A DNA stretch of 29,773 nucleotides from a virus (taxonomy: Duplodnaviria > Caudoviricetes), in the IMG/VR virus record IMGVR_UViG_3300002307_000171, positions 1-29,773 of that record; one strand, 5' to 3'. This document shows positions 8,460 through 15,941 of this stretch, one piece after another. A model generated the notes under the pieces. The model was given only the letters and a program-made list of their open reading frames with translations. It was not told the DNA's origin and did not search any database. Position 1 is the stretch's first letter; the number at the start of each line of letters is the position of its first letter. The translations under genes were made by a program, and so were the position numbers.

Positions 8460-9290
8460 ATGTCACGATGGTTCAGAGTTTACGACGAATTAATTGACGA
8501 CCCAAAGGTCATGTGCTTACCGCCAGACCTTTTCCGCTTCCTCATCCAGATGTGGTGCCTAGCGTCGCAAAATAGCGGACGCTTGCCTGCCGTTGAGCAC
8601 ATCGCCTACAAGACAAGAGCAAGCGTTGAGCACGTCAACGCCTCGATTTTAGCTCTCATTCGCCTCGATTTGTGCGACCAGTTCAGCAACCAGCACAGCA
8701 CATGGGTAGCACCACATGGGTGGTCAAAAAGGCAATTCAAATCAGACACTTCTACCGAAAGAGTGAAACGTTTCAGAAACGTTTCATCGAGTGTTACTGA
8801 AACGCCACCAGAACAGATACAGAAGACAGATACAGAAGCAGATACAGAAGCAGAGGTAGATAAGAAAGAACCGCGCGCGAGCGGCGCGCTTCGGTCGGTC
8901 GAGCCGGACGGGTTTGACGAATTTTACCAAGCGTATCCAAATAAGGTAGGCAAGCAGGCTGCACGCAAGGCGTGGCCGAAAGCGATCAAGGCCATCGGTA
9001 GCCTTGTTTTGATGCTGGATGCTGTCGATCGGTACATTCAGCAAAAGCCGCCAGACCGGCAGTACATGAACCCGGCGACCTTCCTGAGCGGCCAGCGATG
9101 GCTCGATCAACCTGCAATCGTAAACGGACACCACAATGGACAACTTCAGAAAGACGGGCAGCCAACAATCGCCACGGTCATCCGGGCTCACCAAGAGCAG
9201 CTTCGAAGAGAACTCTCGGCTGAAGAAGGAACGGATGGCGATGATATCTCGCCAAGTTTCGATCATGTTGGCTGGCTACCGGGCCGCTGA
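8460..9290 (+). CDS. Phage replication initiator / replisome organizer
   Basis: WFRVYDELIDDPKV N-terminus, STERVKRFR, DTEADTE linker, FDEFYQAYP.KVGKQAA.KAW and NPATFLSGQRWLD C-terminal domain. Confidence 0.85.
   Translation: MSRWFRVYDELIDDPKVMCLPPDLFRFLIQMWCLASQNSGRLPAVEHIAYKTRASVEHVNASILALIRLDLCDQFSNQHSTWVAPHGWSKRQFKSDTSTERVKRFRNVSSSVTETPPEQIQKTDTEADTEAEVDKKEPRASGALRSVEPDGFDEFYQAYPNKVGKQAARKAWPKAIKAIGSLVLMLDAVDRYIQQKPPDRQYMNPATFLSGQRWLDQPAIVNGHHNGQLQKDGQPTIATVIRAHQEQLRRELSAEEGTDGDDISPSFDHVGWLPGR
8764..8853. repeat. Candidate origin iterons inside initiator gene
   Basis: Palindromes TGAAACGTTTCA (8764-8775) and GAAACGTTTC (8776-8785), TGAAACG (8797), then three CAGATACAGAAG repeats. Confidence 0.5.
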
Positions 9291-9759
9291 CTTCAACGAT
9301 CCCTCAATAGCCTACGCGCAGTTCGGGGCGGTTCTCGAAAACTATTCGGACGCTACGATTACGTATGTGACTTCACCGCTCACAGGTGTGCAGTCGCGGT
9401 GCAAATTTCTACCAACGATAGCCGACTTGAAGGAGGCTTGTGAGGCGTTCAAAGAAAAGGACGACACCCGCTACAAATCATCTAGAGCCGTAGAGGAGAC
9501 CCTTGCGAGGAGAAGGGATGATATCAACTATCCACCCCCGAAAACTGGACCCGGCCGCTGCGCCAATCTGTTCGTCGGCAAAGGCATGCCTCGCTACGAT
9601 GAAATGGTCGAGCGGACGAACGGCGCCGACCCGAAAGACTTCCGGTGGGATTACGATAAAATCGGGCTGTGGGTGTCCCTTGCGTGGTGGCAAGATCAGC
9701 CGGCGGAAAGCCTCGGCGCGATGGCCGCGAAGCTCGGCGACAGGGAGGAATGGGCATGA
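9136..9759 (+). CDS. Putative helicase loader (lambda P-like position)
   Basis: Overlaps initiator 3' end; KFLPTIADLKEAC motif. Confidence 0.55.
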   Translation: MDNFRKTGSQQSPRSSGLTKSSFEENSRLKKERMAMISRQVSIMLAGYRAADFNDPSIAYAQFGAVLENYSDATITYVTSPLTGVQSRCKFLPTIADLKEACEAFKEKDDTRYKSSRAVEETLARRRDDINYPPPKTGPGRCANLFVGKGMPRYDEMVERTNGADPKDFRWDYDKIGLWVSLAWWQDQPAESLGAMAAKLGDREEWA

Positions 9760-9962
9760 GCAAGCAATGTCGGAAGGTGAAACATAGGACGATTACCGCC
9801 GCCATCATCACACTGAAAAAGGTAAATAACGCGCAACTCAACGCCTACCAGTGCGAGGAATGCGGCTACTTTCACTTGGGCCGGTCGAACGAATGGCACA
9901 AGGTGCAGGCTCGGCTGGACCAGCTTTTCGCTAAAATCAAGGATAGGGAGGTGAGAGCATGA
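9756..9962 (+). CDS. Small zinc-finger protein
   Basis: C.K...AYQCEECGYFHL motif; GGAGG RBS; ATGA coupling. Confidence 0.7.
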   Translation: MSKQCRKVKHRTITAAIITLKKVNNAQLNAYQCEECGYFHLGRSNEWHKVQARLDQLFAKIKDREVRA

Positions 9963-10168
9963 GAGCCAAATCGGTTAATTTTGTCAGTCACCTCCGGCAC
10001 GACCTGGGCTTTTACGAGGCGATGAACGCGCGGAGCGAAAAGAAAATCACGCTGTCGCAGTTGGCGTTCATGGGCGATCCCGATCCGCACGATTGGAAAG
10101 CCTGGGCGCGAGAGTCGCTGAATGGGAAGCCGTTTCCGGTGTCGCGGACGAGGAAGGTGGGGCTATGA
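9959..10168 (+). CDS. Hypothetical protein
   Basis: GGAGG RBS; ATGA coupling. Confidence 0.6.
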   Translation: MRAKSVNFVSHLRHDLGFYEAMNARSEKKITLSQLAFMGDPDPHDWKAWARESLNGKPFPVSRTRKVGL

Positions 10169-10545
10169 TTTTGGTTGGTGACCAAGTGCTAAAGAACGCT
10201 GGCGATTACCAAGCGCGCGGAACAGTCCGGGCGATACTGGAAAATCCCCGAAGGTACGTTGTCGCGATCACAGAGATCGTTCACGGCACTCCACTGATGA
10301 TCTACTCGGACCAGCAGTTGGTGCACGCCGACATCGCCGCCGCTGCGCCGGACCCATGGCGTCCGATCAGCGAATACGATCGGACCCGCGACGGTTGGGT
10401 GCTATGTGCAAAATATGGCGACAAGTCCCCTACGGTAGCCGCCGGCCTTGAGCAGGGGGAGTGGTGGATCAATATCTGCCTGAGCGCGGTGGAAAAGCCT
10501 GATGTCTGGATGCCCCTGCCAACGCCTCCGAAGGTGTCGCCATGA
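10165..10545 (+). CDS. Hypothetical protein with DUF551-like C-terminus
   Basis: WRPISE...PDVWMPLPTPP motif; ATGA coupling. Confidence 0.65.
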   Translation: MILVGDQVLKNAGDYQARGTVRAILENPRRYVVAITEIVHGTPLMIYSDQQLVHADIAAAAPDPWRPISEYDRTRDGWVLCAKYGDKSPTVAAGLEQGEWWINICLSAVEKPDVWMPLPTPPKVSP

Positions 10546-10808
10546 GCCTCGTCCCGATCGGAGAGCTACAGGCCGTCATCAAGGCCGCCAGGGAGGCCGC
10601 CTTCGCGGCGATCGGCAAGAACGTGCAGGCGAGCTTGCGGGTGGACCCGCTGGCGCTGCTGACACTCATGGACATGTTGGAAGGAGGCGACGGCTTCACG
10701 CGCCTGGTACGCGACGACGCGATTGACAGGCTCTCCGCCGAGGTTGATAGGCTCCACGAACAGATCATGTTGCTGGTGGCCTGCCGGGACGATGGGAGGG
10801 CAAAGTGA
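10542..10808 (+). CDS. Hypothetical protein
   Basis: ATGA coupling; ends RDDGRAK in repeated junction motif. Confidence 0.6.
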   Translation: MSLVPIGELQAVIKAAREAAFAAIGKNVQASLRVDPLALLTLMDMLEGGDGFTRLVRDDAIDRLSAEVDRLHEQIMLLVACRDDGRAK

Positions 10809-10972
10809 TGAGCGACCTTGCCGACAGTATCGATCAGGCGCGACGCCGATCAAAGCCTGGAGAACCGTTCGTTATCGGTCTAACCGATGCACAGGCAAGG
10901 GCTATCTGCGACGCCCTACGCGCCAGCGAGCAAACCCCACACTGCGGCGATAGCAGGAGGCCAAAGCGATGA
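10808..10972 (+). CDS. Hypothetical protein, 54 aa (MSDLADSIDQARRR...)
   Basis: GGAGG RBS; TGATG and ATGA overlaps. Confidence 0.55.
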   Translation: MSDLADSIDQARRRSKPGEPFVIGLTDAQARAICDALRASEQTPHCGDSRRPKR

Positions 10973-11151
10973 CAACGTCGTCTGATGATTTGGAACTGGT
11001 TGAGCGTATGGCGGAAGCAGGGTGGAACGCCAATCCAGGCAGACCTCCCGCTCTGACTTGGGCATATCGGGAAAGCGCATTGATGCGCAAGGAGGCCTAC
11101 GAACTCCGACAAATGATGCAAGCGGCGCTGCGGGTTGTTCGCGTCCCGTGA
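10969..11151 (+). CDS. Hypothetical protein
   Basis: AGGAGG RBS; ELVERMA motif. Confidence 0.6.
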   Translation: MTTSSDDLELVERMAEAGWNANPGRPPALTWAYRESALMRKEAYELRQMMQAALRVVRVP

Positions 11152-11169
11152 CGATGGGAGGGCGAAGTG

Positions 11170-11325
11170 ATGGCAACCCGTGGCCCGTTTATCATCCCGA
11201 TGGCGTCGCGGCTGATCTGGAAGATTCGCGCGCACTATTGGGATTACCGTAACAAGTTCCCCGGCCTATGGATGCGCCACAATTGGCCGCGAAAACCAAA
11301 GCACCGGATTGGGAGGGCAAAGTGA
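11170..11325 (+). CDS. Basic Trp-rich peptide, 51 aa (MATRGPFIIPM...HRIGRAK)
   Basis: GGAGG RBS; fills the gap between junction repeats. Confidence 0.5.
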   Translation: MATRGPFIIPMASRLIWKIRAHYWDYRNKFPGLWMRHNWPRKPKHRIGRAK

Positions 11326-11435
11326 CGAGCGGTAACATTTTGTTTGCTTGCGCCGCGCTTATCGTAGTCGGCATGTTTGGCTGTGTGTACCTTCTCGGAA
11401 AGCTCCACCAACGCAAGGATCATCACCATGGCTAG
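11322..11435 (+). CDS. Single-TM peptide, 37 aa (MTSGNILFACAALIVVGMFGCVYLLGKLHQRKDHHHG)
   Basis: GGAGG RBS; GTGA overlap; hydrophobic core. Confidence 0.5.
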   Translation: MTSGNILFACAALIVVGMFGCVYLLGKLHQRKDHHHG

Positions 11436-11883
11436 GCACCAATGGGACGACGAATACCAAGCATGGCATACGGACGCACCGACGCCGCTGGTGCTGTGGA
11501 TTTCGGCGGCGGTCACCCTGTGCGCGATCCTGGTCGCGGTCGCGTGGGTGTCGCTGGCTCACGGCCGCGAGCTTGTGCCGGGCCAGTACGCGCAGGTTCC
11601 CGAGGAAATACAAAAGTGGTATAAGTCGGTGCGGTCACCAAACGGGGTGCCGTGCTGTGACATTGCCGATGGCCACAAGACCGAGTACCGCGTCGATGCC
11701 GAGGGCATCTACTGGGTTCCGATCGCCGGCGAGTGGCAAGCGGTGCCGCGCGAGGCTGTGGTCTACACGTCCGGTAACCCCGAGGACTCGGCCGTGGTCT
11801 GGTACGTGCAGCAGGGCAAGGGTCCAGGTGCATCTGGCTTTGCGTATTTCGTTCGCTGCTTTGTGCCTAACGGGGGCGTGTGA
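11428..11883 (+). CDS. Membrane-anchored/exported protein with PCC..ADG and terminal CFVP motifs
   Basis: N-terminal hydrophobic helix; AAGGA RBS; Cys motif pattern. Confidence 0.7.
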   Translation: MARHQWDDEYQAWHTDAPTPLVLWISAAVTLCAILVAVAWVSLAHGRELVPGQYAQVPEEIQKWYKSVRSPNGVPCCDIADGHKTEYRVDAEGIYWVPIAGEWQAVPREAVVYTSGNPEDSAVVWYVQQGKGPGASGFAYFVRCFVPNGGV

Positions 11884-12728
11884 TGAGCTTCGGCCGCGCC
11901 AATCGGGCTGACATTCTGTCGGCGACGGCCGCGGACGGCGTACCGGCGCCGGGAAGGGACGGCCTGGGCTGTCCCGCCGGGGAGTACGACGCCAAGGACG
12001 ACGCATCCAAGTCGTTTGCGGTGGCCTTTGCTGCGATCCGCGGGCGCGTGGCGGCGGGGGGGCCTGGCTGGGAGCCGCACAAGCGGTGGCCGCTCTACGC
12101 CAAGCCGCTGGCGATTGATCTATTCTGCGGCCTCGGCGGGTGGACGGAAGGGCTATTGGCGGAGGGCTACGAGGTTGTGGGGTTCGACATCGAGCAGCAC
12201 CAGTACGGCGACCAGCATTATCTAGGTTCGCTGGTGATCCAGGATGTGATGACGCTCCACGGCTCGCAATTCAGGCACGCAACGCTGATCGTGGCCTCCC
12301 CTCCCTGCCAGGCGTACAGCTACAGGGCGATGCCGTGGTCGCGCGCCAAGGCGTTGCCGCCGCCGGACAATACGCTGTTCGATGCGTGCTTTCGCATTCA
12401 GCGTGAGGCGTGCGAGGCGGCCGGACGGCATGTCCCGATGGTGGTCGAGAATGTGCGCGGTGCGCAGCCGTGGGTGGGGCGATCGAGGTGGAATTACGGA
12501 CCATATCACCTGTGGGGCGATGTTCCGGCGCTGTTGCCGTATGGGATCGGCGTCAAAGTTGGTGGTGATTGGTTCTCTGAGGAATGGGCAAAATCATCTT
12601 CCAAGTCGCCAGCCCGAAAAGCAGCATCGGCCATGATCGCCAAAATACCGCTCCCGCTGTCGCGCCACATCGCCGCGACGTACCATCCGCGACAAAACGC
12701 CGCTTGTGTGCACAATGACCACTCCTAA
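11880..12728 (+). CDS. C5 DNA cytosine methyltransferase (compact; start uncertain)
   Basis: Motif I DLFCGLGG, motif IV SPPCQ, motif VI ENV. Confidence 0.85.
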   Translation: MMSFGRANRADILSATAADGVPAPGRDGLGCPAGEYDAKDDASKSFAVAFAAIRGRVAAGGPGWEPHKRWPLYAKPLAIDLFCGLGGWTEGLLAEGYEVVGFDIEQHQYGDQHYLGSLVIQDVMTLHGSQFRHATLIVASPPCQAYSYRAMPWSRAKALPPPDNTLFDACFRIQREACEAAGRHVPMVVENVRGAQPWVGRSRWNYGPYHLWGDVPALLPYGIGVKVGGDWFSEEWAKSSSKSPARKAASAMIAKIPLPLSRHIAATYHPRQNAACVHNDHS

Positions 12729-13023
12729 AAACGTTAAGGACGTTCGCGCAAGAGCATGGAAAACGCGCCGCAAGAAGTACGGTCCGAAAGGGAATTCCGG
12801 GCCATCCCGGCTGCCAGGATCGTATCAGCGCCGATGCAGGTTCTGTGGGATGATGCGTGCGGCCATCGTGCGGCTGTACGACGAGGAAGTCCTATCGGAA
12901 GGGCAAGCGGAGAAGCTGACCGGCCTCGATCGTGTAGAGCTGCGGAGGATGGCCGACGAACTGCGGCAAAACGCCGCTTGTGCGAATGACCGTGACGTGC
13001 GCAGTATCGGCAATGGGTCGTGA
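12715..13023 (+). CDS. Basic protein with UPF0175-like HTH
   Basis: LYDEEVLSEGQAEKLTGLDRVEL resembles the LY..G.IS.G.AA.L.G..R.EF pattern. Confidence 0.5.
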   Translation: MTTPKNVKDVRARAWKTRRKKYGPKGNSGPSRLPGSYQRRCRFCGMMRAAIVRLYDEEVLSEGQAEKLTGLDRVELRRMADELRQNAACANDRDVRSIGNGS

Positions 13024-13042
13024 CAGACGGTCCTCCCCACTT

Positions 13043-13084
13043 GCCGAGAGGATGCAGAAATGCGGAGCCTCTCGGCCTTTAATT
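13043..13084 (+). terminator. Hairpin, possible intrinsic terminator or 5' domain of ncRNA
   Basis: GCCGAGAGG/CCTCTCGGC 9-bp stem with inner TGCA-GAAA-TGCG, followed by CTTTAATT. Confidence 0.45.
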
Positions 13085-13092
13085 CAGGTTGA

Positions 13093-13200
13093 TGCCGTGC
13101 TGGTGCAGACCCCCGAAGCCCGTTCAGGTCATGCCGAAAGGTATGAAACTCCGGCAGCCGGTTGGGCGAACAGCGGGTTCGATTCCCGCGACGGTAGCCA
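13093..13200 (+). ncRNA. tRNA-like structured RNA (non-canonical)
   Basis: T arm GCGGG-TTCGATT-CCCGC, then 7 nt, G and CCA; 6/7 acceptor pairing with TGCCGTG(13093); no canonical D arm or 7-nt anticodon loop. Confidence 0.55.
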
Positions 13201-13240
13201 ATTTGTGACGCATCGCTGGAATACTGACCGGCCCCCACCG

Positions 13241-13732
13241 TCAGGCAACGCGGATAAATTCATCGTTCATGGATGAGACTTTGTTGATATAAGCCGCGTA
13301 GGCTTCATGCTCTAGCGCAAAACGTCCAAGATTTAATACTTTACCATCTTGACGTATATGTGCCTTCCACATTTTCCTTTGCTTGTCCCAAGATACGCCT
13401 TTTAATTGGGATGAACATCCTTTCCGTTTCCGCGTGTTTCTGCGATTTTGTGATCTTGTTGCGAGCCTTAAATTGCACCATCTGTTGTCATGTTTGATCA
13501 AATTTATATGATCTACATCGTTAGGAGGCCATTCGCCCGTCATGTACAAACATGCAATACGAGCAGCTCTGTAAAACTTGTATTCAATGCGTATTTTCAC
13601 ATACCCACGGTTGTCTACGCAACCAGCTTCTCTGCCTGTCGTTGCTCGACCTTTCCTGGTCAATAACCAGGTGAATTTACCAGTTTCAGGATTGTAGTGG
13701 AGAATTTCACGCAGTCTTTCTGCGGTGATCAT
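13241..13732 (-). CDS. HNH homing endonuclease with AP2-like domain
   Basis: LHYNPETGKF, VDHINLIKHDNRWCNLRLATRSQN, KGVSWDK..W.A.I..LGRF; visibly AT-richer than flanks. Confidence 0.9.
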   Translation of the reverse strand: MITAERLREILHYNPETGKFTWLLTRKGRATTGREAGCVDNRGYVKIRIEYKFYRAARIACLYMTGEWPPNDVDHINLIKHDNRWCNLRLATRSQNRRNTRKRKGCSSQLKGVSWDKQRKMWKAHIRQDGKVLNLGRFALEHEAYAAYINKVSSMNDEFIRVA

Positions 13733-13830
13733 ATGATGCCCCTTGTCAGCCGCGCCATAACGTAATATTGTGGCGCGGTTTGGTATGTAGTCGGACGCTG
13801 ATTTTGCCCCACACTGTCAGTAAAGGCAAC

Positions 13831-13875
13831 GAAAATACCAAATAGGGCCGGGTGATGGCAACGTTCACCCGGCCC
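13831..13875 (-). terminator. Rho-independent terminator of leftward early operon
   Basis: 11-bp perfect stem GGGCCGGGTGA(13845-55)/TCACCCGGCCC(13865-75), followed on - strand by TATTTGGTATTTTC. Confidence 0.65.
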
Positions 13876-13879
13876 GCTC

Positions 13880-14011
13880 TCATTGGTGGCGCTCTCTCAG
13901 CCGCCGCCATCCCCAAGCCCACAGGGACCGCGCCGGGTGCCATGGCGCGAAGCGGATTGTCATCAGGCGGGTGATGTAGGCTTTGGCCTCGCGATCGACG
14001 GGACGGGTCAT
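13880..14011 (-). CDS. Small basic Trp-rich protein, 43 aa (MTRPVDREAKAYITRLM...)
   Basis: AGGAGG RBS; ATGA coupling; ends just before terminator. Confidence 0.5.
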   Translation of the reverse strand: MTRPVDREAKAYITRLMTIRFAPWHPARSLWAWGWRRLRERHQ

Positions 14012-14178
14012 TTAGATGCCTCCTTTGCGAAGGTTCGGCGAAGGATGTCTAAGGTCTCATCGAGGCCGGCGACAAAGCCTGCGTGAAACGCCTGTTCCGC
14101 GAGGTTAGGGACGCGGGACGGGTCGCCCTTGCGGGATTGTTCATTCCGCCATGCCGTGAATGCTTCTGCACTGGTCAT
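14008..14178 (-). CDS. Hypothetical protein
   Basis: AAGGAG RBS before MTSAEAF. Confidence 0.55.
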   Translation of the reverse strand: MTSAEAFTAWRNEQSRKGDPSRVPNLAEQAFHAGFVAGLDETLDILRRTFAKEASK

Positions 14179-14210
14179 TTCGATAGCTCCTTTATGCGCA
14201 ACAGCGCGGC

Positions 14211-14501
14211 TCACTTTGGGTACACAAGCCTAATATCGCCGCCATGTTTGATCCATAGCGCGCGGTCTGTTCTTTTCTCGTTGACTGACGGATACCCCCT
14301 CAAGGCGCGGTGTAGAGCATCCAGTAGTTCGGCTTTGGCAATCAGGGATTGCAACAGCAGCGCGGTCGGCCGTGAAACGCCAAGCTGGCCGGATGCAAGC
14401 TTCCAGACATGCTGGCGGGTGATGCCGAGGGCTTCGGCCGTGGATTGTCGCGATGGGAAGCCGAGGCGGGCGCAGGCTTCTTGGAAATCGGACGTGGTCA
14501 T
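14211..14501 (-). CDS. XRE-type helix-turn-helix protein
   Basis: SRQSTAEALGITRQHVWKLASG HTH; alternative start 14522. Confidence 0.7.
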   Translation of the reverse strand: MTTSDFQEACARLGFPSRQSTAEALGITRQHVWKLASGQLGVSRPTALLLQSLIAKAELLDALHRALRGYPSVNEKRTDRALWIKHGGDIRLVYPK

Positions 14502-14607
14502 GCTATTTCCCTTCAACTGCATTTATCGGTCTCCCGGTTCTGGTCCTTCCGGTGAGCGCGGATGCCAGTAGGCCGCGGCGGGGCTTCAACCTTGCCGCGG
14601 CCGTTGT

Positions 14608-15468
14608 TTATGCTGCTTCCAATAGGGCGATTAGTTTGTTGCTCATTGCCACCCAGGCGGCGCTCCTGGCGGCGCTCTCGGCGGCGCTCTCGGCGCTCCA
14701 GGGGGCGTTCCAGGCGCTCCTGGCGGCGCTCTCGGCGGCGCTGTCGGCGGCGTTCCTGGCGCTCCAGGCGGCGCTCCTGGCGGCGCTGTCGGCGGCGTTC
14801 CAAGCGGCGTTCCAGGCGCTCCTGGCGGCGCTGTCGGCGGCGTTCCAAGCGGCGCTCCAGGCGCTCAGGGCGGCGTTCTCGGCGCTCCTGGCGGCGCTCC
14901 TGGCGGCGCTGTCGGCGGCGCTCCAGGCGCTCAGGGCGGCGTTCTCGGCGCTCCTGGCGGCGCTCCCGGCGCTCCAAGCGGCGCTCCTGGCGGCGTTCCA
15001 AGCGGCGCTCCCGGCGCTCTCGGCGCTCCCGGCGGCGTTCCAAGCGGCCTCATTTTTTGCCATCGATGCCATGATGTCGGCGCATTGTTTGACGGCATCA
15101 TGCACAAGGGGGTGATATATGCCGGGATTTACGGTATTGTCGGTGAGCAACCAATGCAGAAATTGCCACCCTATAAGGGATAGATCGGCGCCGGGGCGTA
15201 TAGCGGTCATAAACCGTATAGGCCACTGCTTCGCTAGATCGTTCGGCAATCCTTCAAAAGTGCAATCCTCCAGCCTTGCCAGCGTTTGCGGAATACCGAA
15301 TCGCGTTTCATACTCGGCATGATTTCTGCTATGCAGCGTGCATCCGACTGCGCAGCCTTTGCCGTCCTCCCAATACTTGCCTTTGACCAGTTCATCGGCA
15401 TCGCGATGCGCGACAAGCTGCGCGATGATGGCGGCTTTGATTGACGGATCGTTGTGGTATGCTATCAT
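14608..15468 (-). CDS. Phage protein with conserved N-terminal domain and (S/N)AA(R/W/E/D) repeat tract
   Basis: AAGGA RBS; YW..GKGCAVGC, GIP..LARLED..FEGLP motifs; Ala-rich tetrapeptide repeats. Confidence 0.8.
   Translation of the reverse strand: MIAYHNDPSIKAAIIAQLVAHRDADELVKGKYWEDGKGCAVGCTLHSRNHAEYETRFGIPQTLARLEDCTFEGLPNDLAKQWPIRFMTAIRPGADLSLIGWQFLHWLLTDNTVNPGIYHPLVHDAVKQCADIMASMAKNEAAWNAAGSAESAGSAAWNAARSAAWSAGSAARSAENAALSAWSAADSAARSAARSAENAALSAWSAAWNAADSAARSAWNAAWNAADSAARSAAWSARNAADSAAESAARSAWNAPWSAESAAESAARSAAWVAMSNKLIALLEAA
14650..15050. repeat. Degenerate 9/12-bp coding tandem repeat
   Basis: Units such as GGCGGCGCTCCT, GGCGGCGCTCTC, GGCGGCGTTCCA with larger duplicated blocks. Confidence 0.9.
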
Positions 15469-15671
15469 GGCAGTAGTCCTTTGGTTCGGCCGTGGATTGC
15501 GTCGATCAAGTCGAGTTGCGTATCGCCCGCGAATAGCGGCCCGGCTTCGCGCTGTGGCTTTCGGGCGCGGAGAGGGGCATCGCTGCCCCGTTGTGCCATG
15601 GCCGCATGGGTGGCCTTCTCCGCTCCGGGAAGGACGTATTGCGGGCCGATTGCTGTTTGCTCAATCACCAT
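15465..15671 (-). CDS. Hypothetical protein
   Basis: ATGA coupling; QYVLPGAE and PLFAGDTQLDL motifs. Confidence 0.6.
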   Translation of the reverse strand: MVIEQTAIGPQYVLPGAEKATHAAMAQRGSDAPLRARKPQREAGPLFAGDTQLDLIDAIHGRTKGLLP

Positions 15672-15937
15672 GGCATGTCCCTCGCTTCGGCATAGGCCGC
15701 AATGGTCGGGTCGGCATTCTCAAGCAACAGCCAGTCCAGCCGGGCTTTTTCCTCGGCGCGATCGTGCGCCAGACCAAGGGCGATGCGTGCAAAACACATT
15801 TCCAGCCAGTCCGCCGGCGCTTCCGGCAACGGCCGCGGCGATACGGTGCCGCGGAAGTCGCCGGCCTGGTCGCCGCGCGCGCGGGCTTCCGCTTTGGCGC
15901 GTTTCGCCTCGATCATTCGGTTTGCAAAGGTGCTCAT
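15665..15937 (-). CDS. Hypothetical protein
   Basis: Start re-called at MSTFANRM; overlaps next gene. Confidence 0.55.
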   Translation of the reverse strand: MSTFANRMIEAKRAKAEARARGDQAGDFRGTVSPRPLPEAPADWLEMCFARIALGLAHDRAEEKARLDWLLLENADPTIAAYAEARDMPW

Positions 15938-15941
15938 GGCG

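Noticed and set aside
13123-13162. Hammerhead ribozyme suggested by GAAA/GAAAC motifs
   Set aside because: No CUGANGA core at the required position
13093-13200. Canonical tRNA, tRNA-Sec or opal suppressor (TTCA near loop start), or tmRNA
   Set aside because: No 7-nt anticodon loop, no proper D arm and no G3:U70; TGA is used as a normal stop throughout, so no sign of recoding
14650-15050. Possible CRISPR array
   Set aside because: Contiguous 9-12 bp coding units with no unique spacers and no cas genes
14453-15115. Long alternative-frame ORFs (poly-R/E, poly-R/S, poly-A/L) over the repeat tract
   Set aside because: Artefacts of a stop-free GC-rich repeat; only 14608-15468(-) has an RBS and a non-repetitive domain
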